Below are positions 11,643 through 23,554 of a DNA stretch of 64,000 nt, one piece after another. This stretch comes from Haliotis rubra (lineage: Eukaryota). The notes beneath the pieces are model-generated. The model did no database searches and was not told the origin of the DNA. It was given only the letters and a program-made list of their open reading frames with translations. Made by a program: the position numbers and the translations under genes. The stretch is taken from NCBI RefSeq assembly GCF_003918875.1, contig NW_025765481.1, positions 496,001 through 560,000 on the forward strand, in the 5' to 3' direction. Each line of letters starts with the position of its first letter. The first letter of the stretch is position 1.

Positions 11643-11843
11643 NNNNNNNNNNNNNNNNNNNNNNNNNNNNNNNNNNNNNNNNNNNNNNNNNNNNNNNNNN
11701 NNNNNNNNNNNNNNNNNNNNNNNNNNNNNNNNNNNNNNNNNNNNNNNNNNNNNNNNNNNNNNNNNNNNNNNNNNNNNNNNNNNNNNNNNNNNNNNNNNNN
11801 NNNNNNNNNNNNNNNNNNNNNNNNNNNNNNNNNNNNNNNNNNN
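11643..11843. other. Assembly gap
   Basis: Run of N. Confidence 1.
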
Positions 11844-12304
11844 CTACATCGACGACAATAACAACATAGGAAGTTAAACAGCCCCAGATCTATGTGAAAT
11901 TGTCTCCTAGACGCAGTCTGATAAGGTGTAGAGAATCGAGAAACTAATGACCACCTCGTCCCCCACCGGTACCCGAAATAGTGAGTGAGTGAGGTAAAGC
12001 CACTACAATCAATATTCCAACAGTATCCAGGACACCAGAACTGGGAGTCACACATTGTACCATGTGAGGAACTGAACCACAGTCGTCGGTGTGATGGGCG
12101 AACGCTTTAACCCCAAGGCTACCCTACATCTCCTCATCGATAGGAACGCCGATGCCCGAAACTTTGGCTAACCCACTGCACATGCAGTTAAAATATGTAA
12201 TCGTATTGACACTAACATAGGTTCAAGGAAGTTTGGTCATACCGACATTCTTCGCCCGAGTATATGTTTCCCGTTTACTTGCTGCTACAGATGTTACATC
12301 CTAC

Positions 12305-12389
12305 ATGGCAACAGGGAGTGAAATACGATGAGGATATCAAGGAGGTGTGGTAATACTGCTGCTTGTAATAGGCCTGGATAATGTGAGAT
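12305..12389 (+). pseudogene. Candidate signal-peptide exon of the PAN-mucin gene, with a disrupted start
   Basis: After the ctacag acceptor (12290) the frame reads MATGSEIR*GYQGGVVILLLVIGLDNVR, with a phase-1 donor T|GTATGG that joins 20003 in frame. There is an in-frame TGA, or an ATG at 12328 that is off by one base. Confidence 0.35.
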
Positions 12390-12444
12390 GTATGGTGCTT
12401 GCCCGCGGAGAGACCTTGTCTCAGTAAAACGTAGATAGTAAGTT

Positions 12445-12585
12445 AGTGATTGAGTTTGGTTTTACGCCGCTTTTAGCAATATTCCAGCAACATCACTGCG
12501 GGGGGCATCACACAATGTACCCATGTGGGGAATCGAACCCGGGTTTTCGGCGTGACGAGCGGACACTTTAACTACTAGGCTACCT
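12445..12585 (-). mobile_element. SINE family A
   Basis: Reverse complement of the family A consensus. Confidence 0.75.
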
Positions 12586-12869
12586 GTTTTATCCACTGAA
12601 TACCGAGCGCCAAGCAAGAAAATAACAAGTAATATAGTTTGACCAAATTTGGAAGGACGCAGTTCCCCGGCCTTCTATTCCAGGCAGGTGCTGTAGCAGT
12701 CCTCGGAGGTGGTTCACTTGACAAGAAATATTTACCCATGGAATCAAAAGGCAGATTGGAAAATGAAGAAAAAGCAAACATTATGTACAAGCTTAAATTA
12801 TGAAGTATCTTTTCAGTTCCTTATGTGAATACTGAAGACACATTCTTTATAAATACAGGATTTCAAAAG

Positions 12870-15800
12870 TACGGAGTGGGAAGTGTGATTAAAGTTGATT
12901 AAAGAGATGGAGTAGAGTGTAAGTAAAGGTAAGTAGATTAAAGATATGGAGTGGAAAAGAGTGATAAGATAAAGATGTAAAGGTAAGAAGAATTAGATTA
13001 AGAAAAAGAATATGAAAGTAGAAAGGAGAGATGAAAAAGAGATTAAAAGTAGAGGAATTATAAAAAATTAGAAGTGTAATTAAAGAATTAAAAGTAGAAA
13101 TTAAAAGATGAAAGTGGAGTAATGTAACTAAAGAGATTAAAGATTAAAGTTAATGTGAATTAAAGGGAGATTATAGAATATAGAGATATGAGTGAAAGTA
13201 GAAGTTAATGTAATTAAAGAGATTAGCAAAGAAGAGTAGTTTAGCAACTAATTGATGAAATTAAGAAGGATTCATGAAATTAAAGATTATGAAAGTAGAA
13301 AGTTATGATTAAAGGTAACACAAGTGTACATTTGTAATTAAAGTGTAAAGGGAGTAAATGAATTAAAGAGATTATAAAGATTAGAAGAAGTTGTAATTAA
13401 AAGATATGAAAAGTAAAGTGTGTAATTAAAGGGATTAAAAGTTAGAAAGTGTGTAGTCAAAGATTATAAAAGGTATAAATTAATATGTGGAGATGGGAAT
13501 TATGTAATTGATTAAGTTTATGAGATAGAGAGTACATAACAGAAAAGGAATTATGAAAGAATAAAAGTATATGAATTAAGAGAGTAGATATAAATTAGGA
13601 AGTGTGGTGCAAAGAGATTAATGCAATGAAGTGGAGTGTGTAATTAAAGAGATTGTGCAGTAAAATTAAGAGTATGTAATTAAAGAGATTGTGAAGAGGT
13701 ATAAATTAATGTGATAAGAGAGATTATAAGTTGTGTGAATTGTGAATTAGTTTAATGAGATGGAAAGAGTCCACATAACAGAGAGATTATGAGAATAAAG
13801 TATGAATTAGAGTAGATATAAGGAATTAGGAGTAATTAAGAAAAATTATATGTATAGAGGTATGTGAAACTAAGAAAAAGGATTATAAAGGAGTAGGATT
13901 CATGGTCTAAAGAGATTATAAAAGGAATTAGAGTGTTGATTAAAGAGATTATGAAAGTGGAAAGTGTATGATTAAAGATTAGTAAAGGAAATACAAATTA
14001 ATGTGGAAGAGGGTCTGGTGTGAATTGAGGTGTTAGCAAATGAAGGATAAAGGAGTGCAAACAAGAAGAGATTATGAGAGATAAAGAAATATGTAATTAA
14101 GTAGATATAAAAGGTAAAGATTAAAGAGAGTTAAAAGGTAGAAGTGTGTGATTAAAGAGATTGTAAAAAGTAGAAGAGTGTGTGATTAAAGAGATGTAAG
14201 GAATATAAGATTAATGTAAGTGGAGAGATTATAAGTTAATATGATTGAATTAGTTTATGAGATAGAGGGAGATTACATGACAGAGAAAGGATGTAAAGGG
14301 ATAGTATGATTAAATATAAAGTAGGGGAGTATGGTGGAAAAAGAGATGCAGTAAATTAGAAGTGTGTGTAACTAAAGAGATGAAGGGAGTAAAGTGTGGT
14401 CATTAAAATTGAGGTAGGAAGTGTGAATTAGGTGTGCATGAAGAGTGTGATTAAAGAGATGGGATTGATATGGGAGCAGTAAGAGTGGAGTAGAAGTTGA
14501 TGGAAAAATTAAAGTGAAGAAAATAAAGGAGATTATAAGGTTGGCTCCATAGAATGCTGAGAAGATGATAGAGGAGTGTGACTAAAGAGAGATTATAAAG
14601 GGGAAGTAAAGTGTGATTAAATGTAGATGTAAGGGAGTTAGAAGTGTAGAAGTGTGTGATTAGAAGAGATTGTGTGGAGTGGAAGGGAGGTGTAGATAAA
14701 GGGATTAAAGTAAAGTGTGAATTAAAATGGTGAAGGGAAGTGGGATTTTGAATTAAGTAAAATGTAAAAGTGGAAGGGAGTATGATTAAAAGGTTATCAA
14801 AGTGTGATTGAAGAGATTAAGTGGAGTAGAAATTAGGTAGTAAAAGTAGGAAGTGTGGATTAAGAAGAGATTAAAAGTGGAAATTAGAATTAAAGAGATA
14901 AAAGGTAGAAAGTGTGGGATCAGAAAGTCTGAGGTGGGGAGTGTGGATGAGGACTATGAGGATTGGAAGTGTAGGATTACAAAGTGGAAGTGTGTGATAT
15001 GGAGTGGAAGTCAAAGTGAAGAGGTGTAGGATTAAAGGATGATGAAGGTAGAGGAGATGTGGCAAGATGTATGAAAGTTAAAGGTGTGATTAAAGAGATA
15101 TGAAGAGGAGAATGTGAAATTAGAAGTGTGAAGTGTAAAGAGGATTATGAGGTGAGTGGTTTAATGACTAGAAAAAGGATTATGAAGTGGAAGATTCAAT
15201 GATTAAAGAGATTATGAAAGTGTGGAAGTTTGTGATTAAAGGGAATGAAGTGGGTGTTATGATTGAAGGGGTCTTGAGGTAGTAAAGTGTGGTGAGGATT
15301 AATGAAGTTAGGTTTGTGATTAAAGGGATTAATGAGGAGTGGGAGGTGTGATTAAAGAAGTTATGAAGTGGAGTGTGAGGTGTGATTAGAGATTAGCAAG
15401 AAATACAAATTGTGTGTCAGAGGGGTATAAGTTGTGTGATTGGTTAGTTTGTGAGATAGAGGAGATTACATGAGAAGAAGGTGTGAAGTCGAAAATGCTG
15501 TGGATTATTAGTAGATGCAAAGTGAGAGGTGGTGATTGAGGGGTGTGCAGTAGTGGAGAGTGTGTGATTAAAGGATTAGTGAAAGTGGGAGAGGTGGTGC
15601 TGGGATGAGTGATTAGAGGTATAAATTGTGATAGAGGAGATTAAAGTTAATATGGTGTGAATTAGTTTGTAGGGATGGAGGTGCAAACAGAGAAAGAGAT
15701 TATGAAGGATAGAAAGTATGTGATTAATGAGTAGATGTAAAGTGAGGGAGGTGTGCAATTGAGAAGGATTGTGCAATGAGTGGAGTGTGACTGAAGAGGA

Positions 15801-18797
15801 TTATGAGGAGTGGGGTTCGTGATTAGAGGATGTGAAAGAGTGGAGGTGTGTGAGATGAAGGGAATAATGAGGTGAGAGGTGTGTGATTGGGTTGTGGGGG
15901 TGGAGGGTGTGATTAGCAAAGTTGTGCGAGGGTGTAGAGGATGGGAAGTTGAGGGTGGAGGTAGTTTGATTGAGGGGATAGAGGGGTGCAATGAGAGGAA
16001 TTGTGAGGATAGAGAGTATGTGATTGAGGGATTGTAGGGGTGAGGTGTGTGATTGGGAAAGGAGTTGTGGGTGAGTGGAGGTGTGTGACTGAGGGGATGT
16101 GAGGGGAGTGAGAGGTGTGTGATTAGGTGGGGTGAGGGGGTAAGGTGTGTGATTGGGTGTACTGTGAAGGGTCATGTGATTGAGATGGGTTGATGTGGGG
16201 GATGAGGAGTGAGGTGGTGAAGGGTTGTGATGGGAGAAAGGTGGTGGTGAGAAATAGAGGGATTGCAAGGGTGGACCATGTGTGAGCTGTGAGGGATGGA
16301 GGTGTGTGAGCTTGAGGAGGATTGTGAGGGTAGAGGTGTGGTGATTGAGGGGGTGAGGGGTGGGGGTGTGGGGGTGTGTGATTGAAGGGGATTGTGCGTG
16401 GTGTGGAGGTGTGTGATTGAGGGATTGTGAGGGGTGGAGGTGTGTGATTGAGGGAAAATGTGAGGGGGTGGAGTGTTGGCCCAGGATTGGTGGATGTGAG
16501 GAAGTAGAGGTGGAGGGTGTGATTGAGGGTTGTAGACAGGGGTGAGGGGCTGAAGCTGTGTGATTGAGGGGATTGTGAGGGAGTGGAGGTTTGTGATTGA
16601 GGGATTGTGAGGGTAGAGGTGTGTGATTGAGGGAAAATGTGAGGGGTGGAGGTTTGTGATTGAGGGAATTGTGAGGGGTGGAGGTGTGTGATTGAGGGGA
16701 TTGTGAGGTGTGTGATTGAGGGGATTGTGAGGGGTGGAGGTGTGTGATTGAGGGGATTGTGAGGGGTGGAGGTGTGTGATTGAGGGGATTGTGAGGGGTG
16801 GAGGTGTGTGATTGAAGGGATTGTGAGGGGTAGGTGTGTGATTGAGGGGGATTGTGAGGGGTAGAGGTGTGTGATTGAGGGATTGTGAGGGGTGGAGGTT
16901 TGTGATTGAGGGGATTGTGAGGGTGAGGGGTTTGTGATTGAGGGGTATTGTGAGGGGTGGAGGTGTGTGACTGAGTGGTTTATGAGGGTAGAGGTGTGTG
17001 ATTGAGGGAATTGTGAGTGGTAGAGGTGTGTGATTGAGGGAAATGTGAGGGTGGAGGTGTGTGATTGAGGGAATGTGTGAGGGGTGGAGGGTGTGATTGA
17101 GGGGTGTGAGAGGGTGGAGGTGTGTGATTGGAGGGATTGTGAGGGGTGGAGGTGTGTGATTGAGGGATTGTGAGGGGAGGGTGTGTGATGAGGGATTGTG
17201 AGGGAGGAGGTTGTGATGGAGGGATTGTGGAGGTGTGTGATTGATTGGTTTGTGAGGGATGGAGGTGCATGACGGAGAGGATTGTGAGGGATAGAAGTAT
17301 GTGATTGAGTGATTGTAAGGGGTGGGGGTGTGATTGAAGGGATTGTGCGTGGTGGAGGTGTGTGACTGAGGGGATTGTGAGGGGTAGAAGTGTGTGATTG
17401 AGTGGAATGTGAGGGTGGAAGGTGTGTGATTGAGTGTACTGTGAGGTGGAGGTCATGTGATTGAGGGGATCATGGGTTGATGTGGGGAGATGAGGGGAAG
17501 TGGTGAAGGGAGTTGTGATGGAGAAAGGAGATTGAGGGTGGAGGAAATGAGGGGATTGCATGGGGTGGACCATGAGTTAGAGGGGGATTGTGAGGAGGGA
17601 GAGGTGTGTGATTGAGGGGATTGTGAGGGGTAGAGGTGTGTGATTGAGTGACGTGTGTGAGGGGTGTGGGGGTGTGGGATTTGTGATTGAGGAGGTTGTG
17701 ATTGGTGGAGGGGGTGGGATTGAGGGATTGTGAGGGAGGGAGTTTTGTGATTGGGGTGGTTTGTGAGGGGTGGAGGTGTGTGATTGAGGGGATTGTGAGG
17801 GTTGAGGTGTGTGATTGAGGGATTGTGAGAGGTGGAGGTGTGTGATTGAGGGGTTTGTGAGGGGGAGGTAGAGGTGTGTGATTGAGGGGAAAATGTGAGG
17901 GGTGTAGGTTTGTGATTGAGGGATTGTGAGGGGTGGAGGTGTGTGATTGAGGGATTGTGAGGGGTGTGATTGAGGGGTTGTGAGGGTGGAGGTGTGTGAT
18001 TGAGGGGATTGTGAGGGTGGAGGTGTGTGATTGAGGGGATTGTGAGGGGTGGAGGTGTGTGATTGAGGGGATTGTGAGGGGTAGAGGTGTGTGATTGAGG
18101 GGATTGTGAGGGGTAGAGGTGTGTGATTGAGGGGATTGTGAGGGGTTGAGGTTTGTGATTGAGGGGATTGTGAGGGGTGAAGGTTTGTGATTGAGGGGAT
18201 TGTGAGGAGTGGAGGTGTGTGATTGAGTGGTTTATGAGGGGTAGAGGTGTGTTATTGAGGGGATTGTGAGTGGTAGAGGTGTGTGATTGAGGGGAAATGT
18301 GAGGGGGGGAGGTTTGTGATTGAGGGAATGTGAGGGTGGAGGTGTGTTGAGGGGTGTGAGGGGTGTGATTGAGGGGGTTGTGAGGGGTGGAGGTGTGTGA
18401 TTGAGGGGATTGTGAGGATTGTGAGGGGTAGAGGTGTGTGATTGAGGGGATTGTGAGGGGTAGAGGTGTGTGATTCAGGAAATTGTGAGTTGTGTGATTG
18501 AGTGGTTTGTGAGGAATGGAGGTGTGTGACTGAGAGGATTGTGAGGGATAGAAGTGTGTGATTGAGTGAATTGTGAGGGGTGGGGGTGGGGGTGTGTGAT
18601 TGAATTGATTGTGCGTGGTGGAGGTGTGTGACTGAGGGGATTGTGAGGGGTAGAAGTGTGTGATTGAGTGTGCTGTGAGGGAAGTCATGTGATTGAGGAT
18701 GGGTTGATGTGGGGAGATGAGGAAGTGGTGAAGGGAGTTGTGATGGAGAGAAGATTGAGGTGGAGAAATGAGGGGATTGCATGGGGTGGACCATGAG
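12870..18797. repeat. About 5.9-kb purine/G-rich satellite (about 28-30-bp unit gtgtgattgaggggattgtgaggggtggag) with a 1.2-1.3-kb higher-order repeat
   Basis: C is almost absent on the + strand. The landmark gaggggattgcatggggtggaccatg recurs at about 16270, 17565 and 18785. Confidence 0.9.
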
Positions 18798-19298
18798 TAA
18801 CTCTGAGTGCACTTTGGATCTATGCAGTGTTTCTGTTTTAGGATCTTACATACATGGGTCCCCGACTTTTGCTTCATATCGTTCACCTTGCAAATCTCGT
18901 TCTGGTGTCAAAAGGTAATCAAATATTCATTATTTCGTACAAACTGTTAAACTTGACGTAAAGAATATTTAGTAGTTCTGTTAACCAGAAAGAAGGAATA
19001 TTGGACTACATCCGTCAGTTGACTATGCAAGGCTCGTCATTAAATATGGTAAATAACTTACATGTACTGCTTTAACGCCGTTTTAAACAATATTCTAGTA
19101 ACATTCACGGCTTGTCAACTAAACGTGCCGCTATATAGCAGGAATATTGCCGAGTGCGGCGTACAACTAAACTCACTCACTCAACTTAAAGTGGGAAGTC
19201 ATAAAGGTTGCAGACGCCCATCACTATGAAAGCAACGAGCCAGGGTTTGGTGCTGACAAACCCGGAGACAGGGCGAACCAGGATCGAACCCACAATCA

Positions 19299-19548
19299 AC
19301 CCGTGAAGATCCGGGTTAGAATTGATCTTCAACAACCCATGCTTGTCGTAAGAGGCGACTAACGGGATCGGGTGGTCAGGCTCGCTGAATTGGTTGACAC
19401 ATGCCATCGAATCCCAATTGCATAAATCGATGCTCATGCTGTTGATAACTGGATTGTCTGGTCCAGATTCGATTATTCACAGACCACCGCCATATAGCTG
19501 GAATATTGCTGAGTGCGGTGTTGAACAACAAACCAAGCAATTAAATGA
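19299..19548 (+). mobile_element. Full-length short retroposon family C with TSD
   Basis: TSD aacccacaatca at 19287-19298 and 19549-19560. The element begins acccgtgaag. Confidence 0.9.
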
Positions 19549-20002
19549 AACCCACAATCACAGGTTCTTGACGTGAAGGGAGGTAACTCTACACGTCGAA
19601 TTTCAGGGCCTTGCACGACTGGGCCACACGCGCCAACAGCAACAGTAGAAGTGTTCGAAGCGCACATAACACTACCAGTAACAATTTGTTTTGTTCACAA
19701 CATGGATCCTTAATTTATAAGGGATCATAATTGTTTCAGAAATATTATCGGTCCGAGTGACCCCATAATGATTTACAGTAAATTTTTGTCCTCTAGTCAC
19801 AAGAGGATTTTCTATCTACTGTAACATGTCTGAACTATATCGCAATGGTGTAATGATCAGTCACGAAAGAGTGTGGCTGATCTGGCCTGGGCAGAATTGT
19901 GATGGCTTCGTATTACACCGGGTTCATTTGTGAGGTCATTATTGGTTGGGTCCCGCCTTGAGACGGCTCCAGTAACAACATATTACACCTCCTCTGTTGC
20001 AG

Positions 20003-20224
20003 GTGCAACAAATATTAAGAAGGGTTGGAAGGGATCCCCCGACGACGTGGTGGGGTACAGGGTAGTGGCTGATCTCAATGCCTGTAAGGCTGTCCTTCAG
20101 AAATATGACACGGCAATGGCGGGCGCATTCTGCTCCGGAGAATACTCGTGTTACTTGTACGCGACCGACTCAAAGCTAACAGAAGATGCTAGTTGTACGT
20201 TCTTTAGGAGGGAGCGCATTACAG
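20003..20224 (+). CDS. PAN/apple-like domain exon of a type I membrane mucin-like protein
   Basis: ttgcag acceptor, G|GTAAGA donor, phase 1-1. Translates ATNIKKGWKGSPDDVVGYRVVADLNACKAVLQKYDTAMAGAFCSGEYSCYLYATDSKLTEDASCTFFRRERIT and aligns without gaps to the 58364 exon over the Cys core. Confidence 0.8.
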
Positions 20225-20354
20225 GTAAGAATATTAAAAATAAACATAAAAAGCTGCCAAAGTGAAGAAATGAAGGAAGGTATTTACATTACCACAAGTT
20301 GTCCTTATCAGTGTTCAGACATCGAGTAGCCAGTTTCTCCTTTCCTCTCTCTCG

Positions 20355-20990
20355 GGTCCCACCTCTCCCTCCCTGTGCCCCTCCCCTCTCCATTTCAGTG
20401 TCCAACCTCTCCCTCCCTGTGCCCCTCCCCTCTCCATTTCAGTGCCCCACCTCTCCCTCCCTGTGTCCCTCCCTCTCCACTCCGTGTTCCACCTCCTCCT
20501 TCCTGTGCCCCCCCCCCTCCCTCCACTCCAGTGTTCCACCTCTCCCTCCCTGTGCCCCTTCCCCTCCATTTCAGTGTCACACGTCTCCCTTCCTGTGCCC
20601 CTTCCCTCTCCATTTCAGTGTCCCACCTCTCCCTCCCTGTGCCCCTCCCTCTCCATTTCAGTGTCCCACGTCTCCCTCCCTGTGCCCCTCCCATCTCCAT
20701 TTCAGTGTCCCACGTCTCCCTCCCTGTGCCCCTCCCTCTCCATTTCAGTGTCCCACCTCTCCCTCCCTGTGCCCCTCCCTCTCCATTTCAGTGTCCCACC
20801 TCTCCTCCCCTGTGCCCCTCCCTCTCCATTTCAGTGTCCCACCTCTCACTCCCTGTGCCCCTCCCTCTCCATTTCAGTGTCCAACCTCTCCCTCCCTGTG
20901 CCCCTCCCTCTCCAGTGTCCCATTTCCCTGTGCCCCACCTCTCCCTCCCTGTGCCCCTCCCTTCTCCACCTCCGTGTCCCACCTCTCCCT
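20355..20990. repeat. 43-bp pyrimidine-rich minisatellite (cacctctccctccctgtgcccctccctctccatttcagtgtcc)
   Basis: Direct tandem copies. Confidence 0.9.
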
Positions 20991-21077
20991 TTCGCTCTTT
21001 CTCCCCAGTATCCTTCTCTGCACCCTATCGTGTGACCCCATATTATTGCAAATAACCGCATATAACCTCTGCCACAG

Positions 21078-21260
21078 CCACAACAGCTGCCCACACAGCT
21101 GCGTCTGAAGCAGTTAGCACGGAACGGAATGCTGCTACAACCACCTCGACTGTAGAACCAACCACCTCGACTGCAAACAAAACCACCTCGACTGCAGAAC
21201 CAACCACCTCGACTGCAAAACCAAATTACTTGATGACCACAGCGACTCATTCAAAGTCAG
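21078..21260 (+). CDS. Thr-rich mucin-like exon 1
   Basis: ccacag acceptor, AAGTCAG|GTATAT donor, 183 nt, phase 1-1. Translates ATTAAHTAASEAVSTERNAATTTSTVEPTTSTANKTTSTAEPTTSTAKPNYLMTTATHSKS. Confidence 0.75.
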
Positions 21261-22183
21261 GTATATGGTTTCAAAATTCATAACTTTTAAGCAGATTTGC
21301 TGTTGTAGTAGAACACTGTTCAAACTTACTTTCTTCTTTTTAAATATTTTTCAAAAATATAACTATTACAAGGTAGTGTATAACGATTTTGACATTGAAA
21401 ACAAAATGAAATAGTGTCAGAGCCAAAATTTGTCATCGATTCCCCACATCGGTACAATGTTTGAAGCCAATTTCTGGTGTCCCCCGCCGTGATATTGCTG
21501 GAATATTGCTAAGTGTAAAACCATGTTCACTCTGTTTATAAACAGCGTAGCCTCTTCCTTTTTATTTCTCTCCCTACTATATTTCACACTTCCTACACAC
21601 GTTCTCTCCCTTTACCTAACGCTACTTTGTCTATTTCTGGTGTCCCCTGCGGTGATATTGCTGGAGTATTGCTAAAATCGGCGTAAAACCATATTCACTC
21701 TGTTTATAAACAGTGTAGCCTCTTTCTTTTTAAATCTCACTACCTACACACGTACCTAAGTTTCTGTCTCCCCTATAGTCTTTTCCCAGTGATGATGATT
21801 CGGAGATTTAACATACGCTTTCTGACATAATGCATATATCGCACACGGGCCTGCAGGCTATCTAGTGTTTGATGGAAAGGGGGTTGATTTGGCCGAAAGA
21901 TATAGCAACCTGAAGGGGGCGTTAGAGTTGCATAATTAACTTTTTGTGAGTTTTTAATTTCGAAATTTGCCAGATGTTGTTGGTTTGATGAACTACTGGA
22001 TGGTTTGGTTTGTATTTGGTTTGTTTGTTTTTGAATGTTTGTTTTAATGTTAGCACTATTTGGTTATTTGGTTATGATTATAAGCAGCCTAAAAGGAAGT
22101 TTTAATTGGAAATATCCCTAAGGCTTATCAATAGAGGTGACTCTATATTGTTAAATCTATGTTTTCTTACCTCTTTGTAACAG

Positions 22184-22300
22184 CAGCAACACCTTCGACA
22201 ACTGTGTCTGCAGCCGTTACAACGGAACCGAATGCAACCTCAACCACGTCGACTGCAGAACCAAACAACATTACGGTTCCAGGGACTCGTCCAAAGTCAG
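22184..22300 (+). CDS. Thr-rich mucin-like exon 2
   Basis: taacag acceptor, AAGTCAG|GTAGGA donor, 117 nt. Translates AATPSTTVSAAVTTEPNATSTTSTAEPNNITVPGTRPKS. Confidence 0.75.
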
Positions 22301-22779
22301 GTAGGATTGTTTATACAGTTTATCTTCAGTGAAAACACTGAAACGGACTGGCTGTTGAAGTAGACTGTATTTCTAACTTGCACTCTTCTGTGAAAAACAG
22401 TTTTCAAACATACCAATAACGAGGTTGTGAATCGCAATTTTGAAACTCACTTACACATAAATATATTGTAGCATGGCATATTTTATATAAGTAACACACC
22501 AAACAGACGAAGCAAGTTTTACGTTGTGTCAACAGAAGTGCATGACGGGTAAGGATAATAATTAAAAAGCAACATAAAGATTGCCTCAAAGCCAATATCT
22601 TTCTCTTTGTAAGAATTGAAGGAGGACTTTACATCAACATAATACATTTCCTTGACCTCTGTCTCCAAACGGAGTCGCCATATGATATTAACAATCTGTC
22701 TTTGTCAGTTTCTCTGTCTCTCTCTCTCACCTCCTTTTTCTCCCTCTCCCTTCCCTGTTTCTAAATGTCACCTCCTCAC

Positions 22780-23420
22780 TCTTTGCACTTCTCTCCATTT
22801 CTCTACCCCCTCGCTCTTTGCACTTCTCTCCATTTATCTACCCCGTCGCTCTTTGCACCCCTCTCCATTTATCTACCCCCTCGCTCTTTGCACCTCTCTC
22901 CATTTATCTACCCCGTCGCTCTTTGCACCTCTCTCCATTTATCTGCCCCCTCGCTCGTTGCACCTCTCTCCATTTATCTACCCGTCGCTCTTTGTCGCGC
23001 TCTTTGCACCCTTTTTATCTACCCCCTCGCTCTTTGCCTTTATCTCCCCGTCGCTCTTTGCACCTTCTCCATTTCTACCCCTCTCTTTGTACCCTCTCCA
23101 TTTATCTACCCCGTCGCTCTTTGCACCTCTCCATCTACCCCTCGCTCTTTGCACCTCTCTCCATTTATCTACCCGTCGCTCTTTGCACCCTCTCCATTTA
23201 TCTACCCCTCGCTCTTGCACCTCTCTCCATTTATCTACCCCGTCGCTCTTTGCACCTCTCTCCATTTCTCTACCCCCTTGCTCTTTGTACCTCTCTCCAT
23301 TTATCTACCCCGTCGCTCTTTGCACCTCTCTCCATTTATCTACCCCCTCGCTCTTTGCACCTCTCTCCATTTATCTACCCCGTCGCTCTTTGCACCGATC
23401 TCCATTTATCTACCCTTCGC
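22780..23420. repeat. 35-bp pyrimidine-rich minisatellite (ctctttgcacctctctccatttatctaccccgtcg)
   Basis: Direct tandem copies. Confidence 0.9.
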
Positions 23421-23554
23421 ACCTCTCACTGTCCAGCTCTCCATGTCACTGTCATGTATGTTACTCGCCTCGCCTCCCACCTCTTCCCATTTCTCTATCC
23501 CCACCTCCCTCTCTGTCCCTCTGGTTGTTCATGCATCGAGTGATTCCATATCAT

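Noticed and set aside
14871-18886. Long His/Pro/Ser/Thr-rich ORFs on the minus strand (up to 477 aa)
   Set aside because: These are translations of a low-complexity satellite that is open in several frames, with no splice or domain support.
19299-19366. HDV-like ribozyme assignment for the family C head
   Set aside because: It has a hairpin followed by CUAA and a closing helix, but I could not find a P1/P3/L3 nested pseudoknot by eye, so it is left unclassified.
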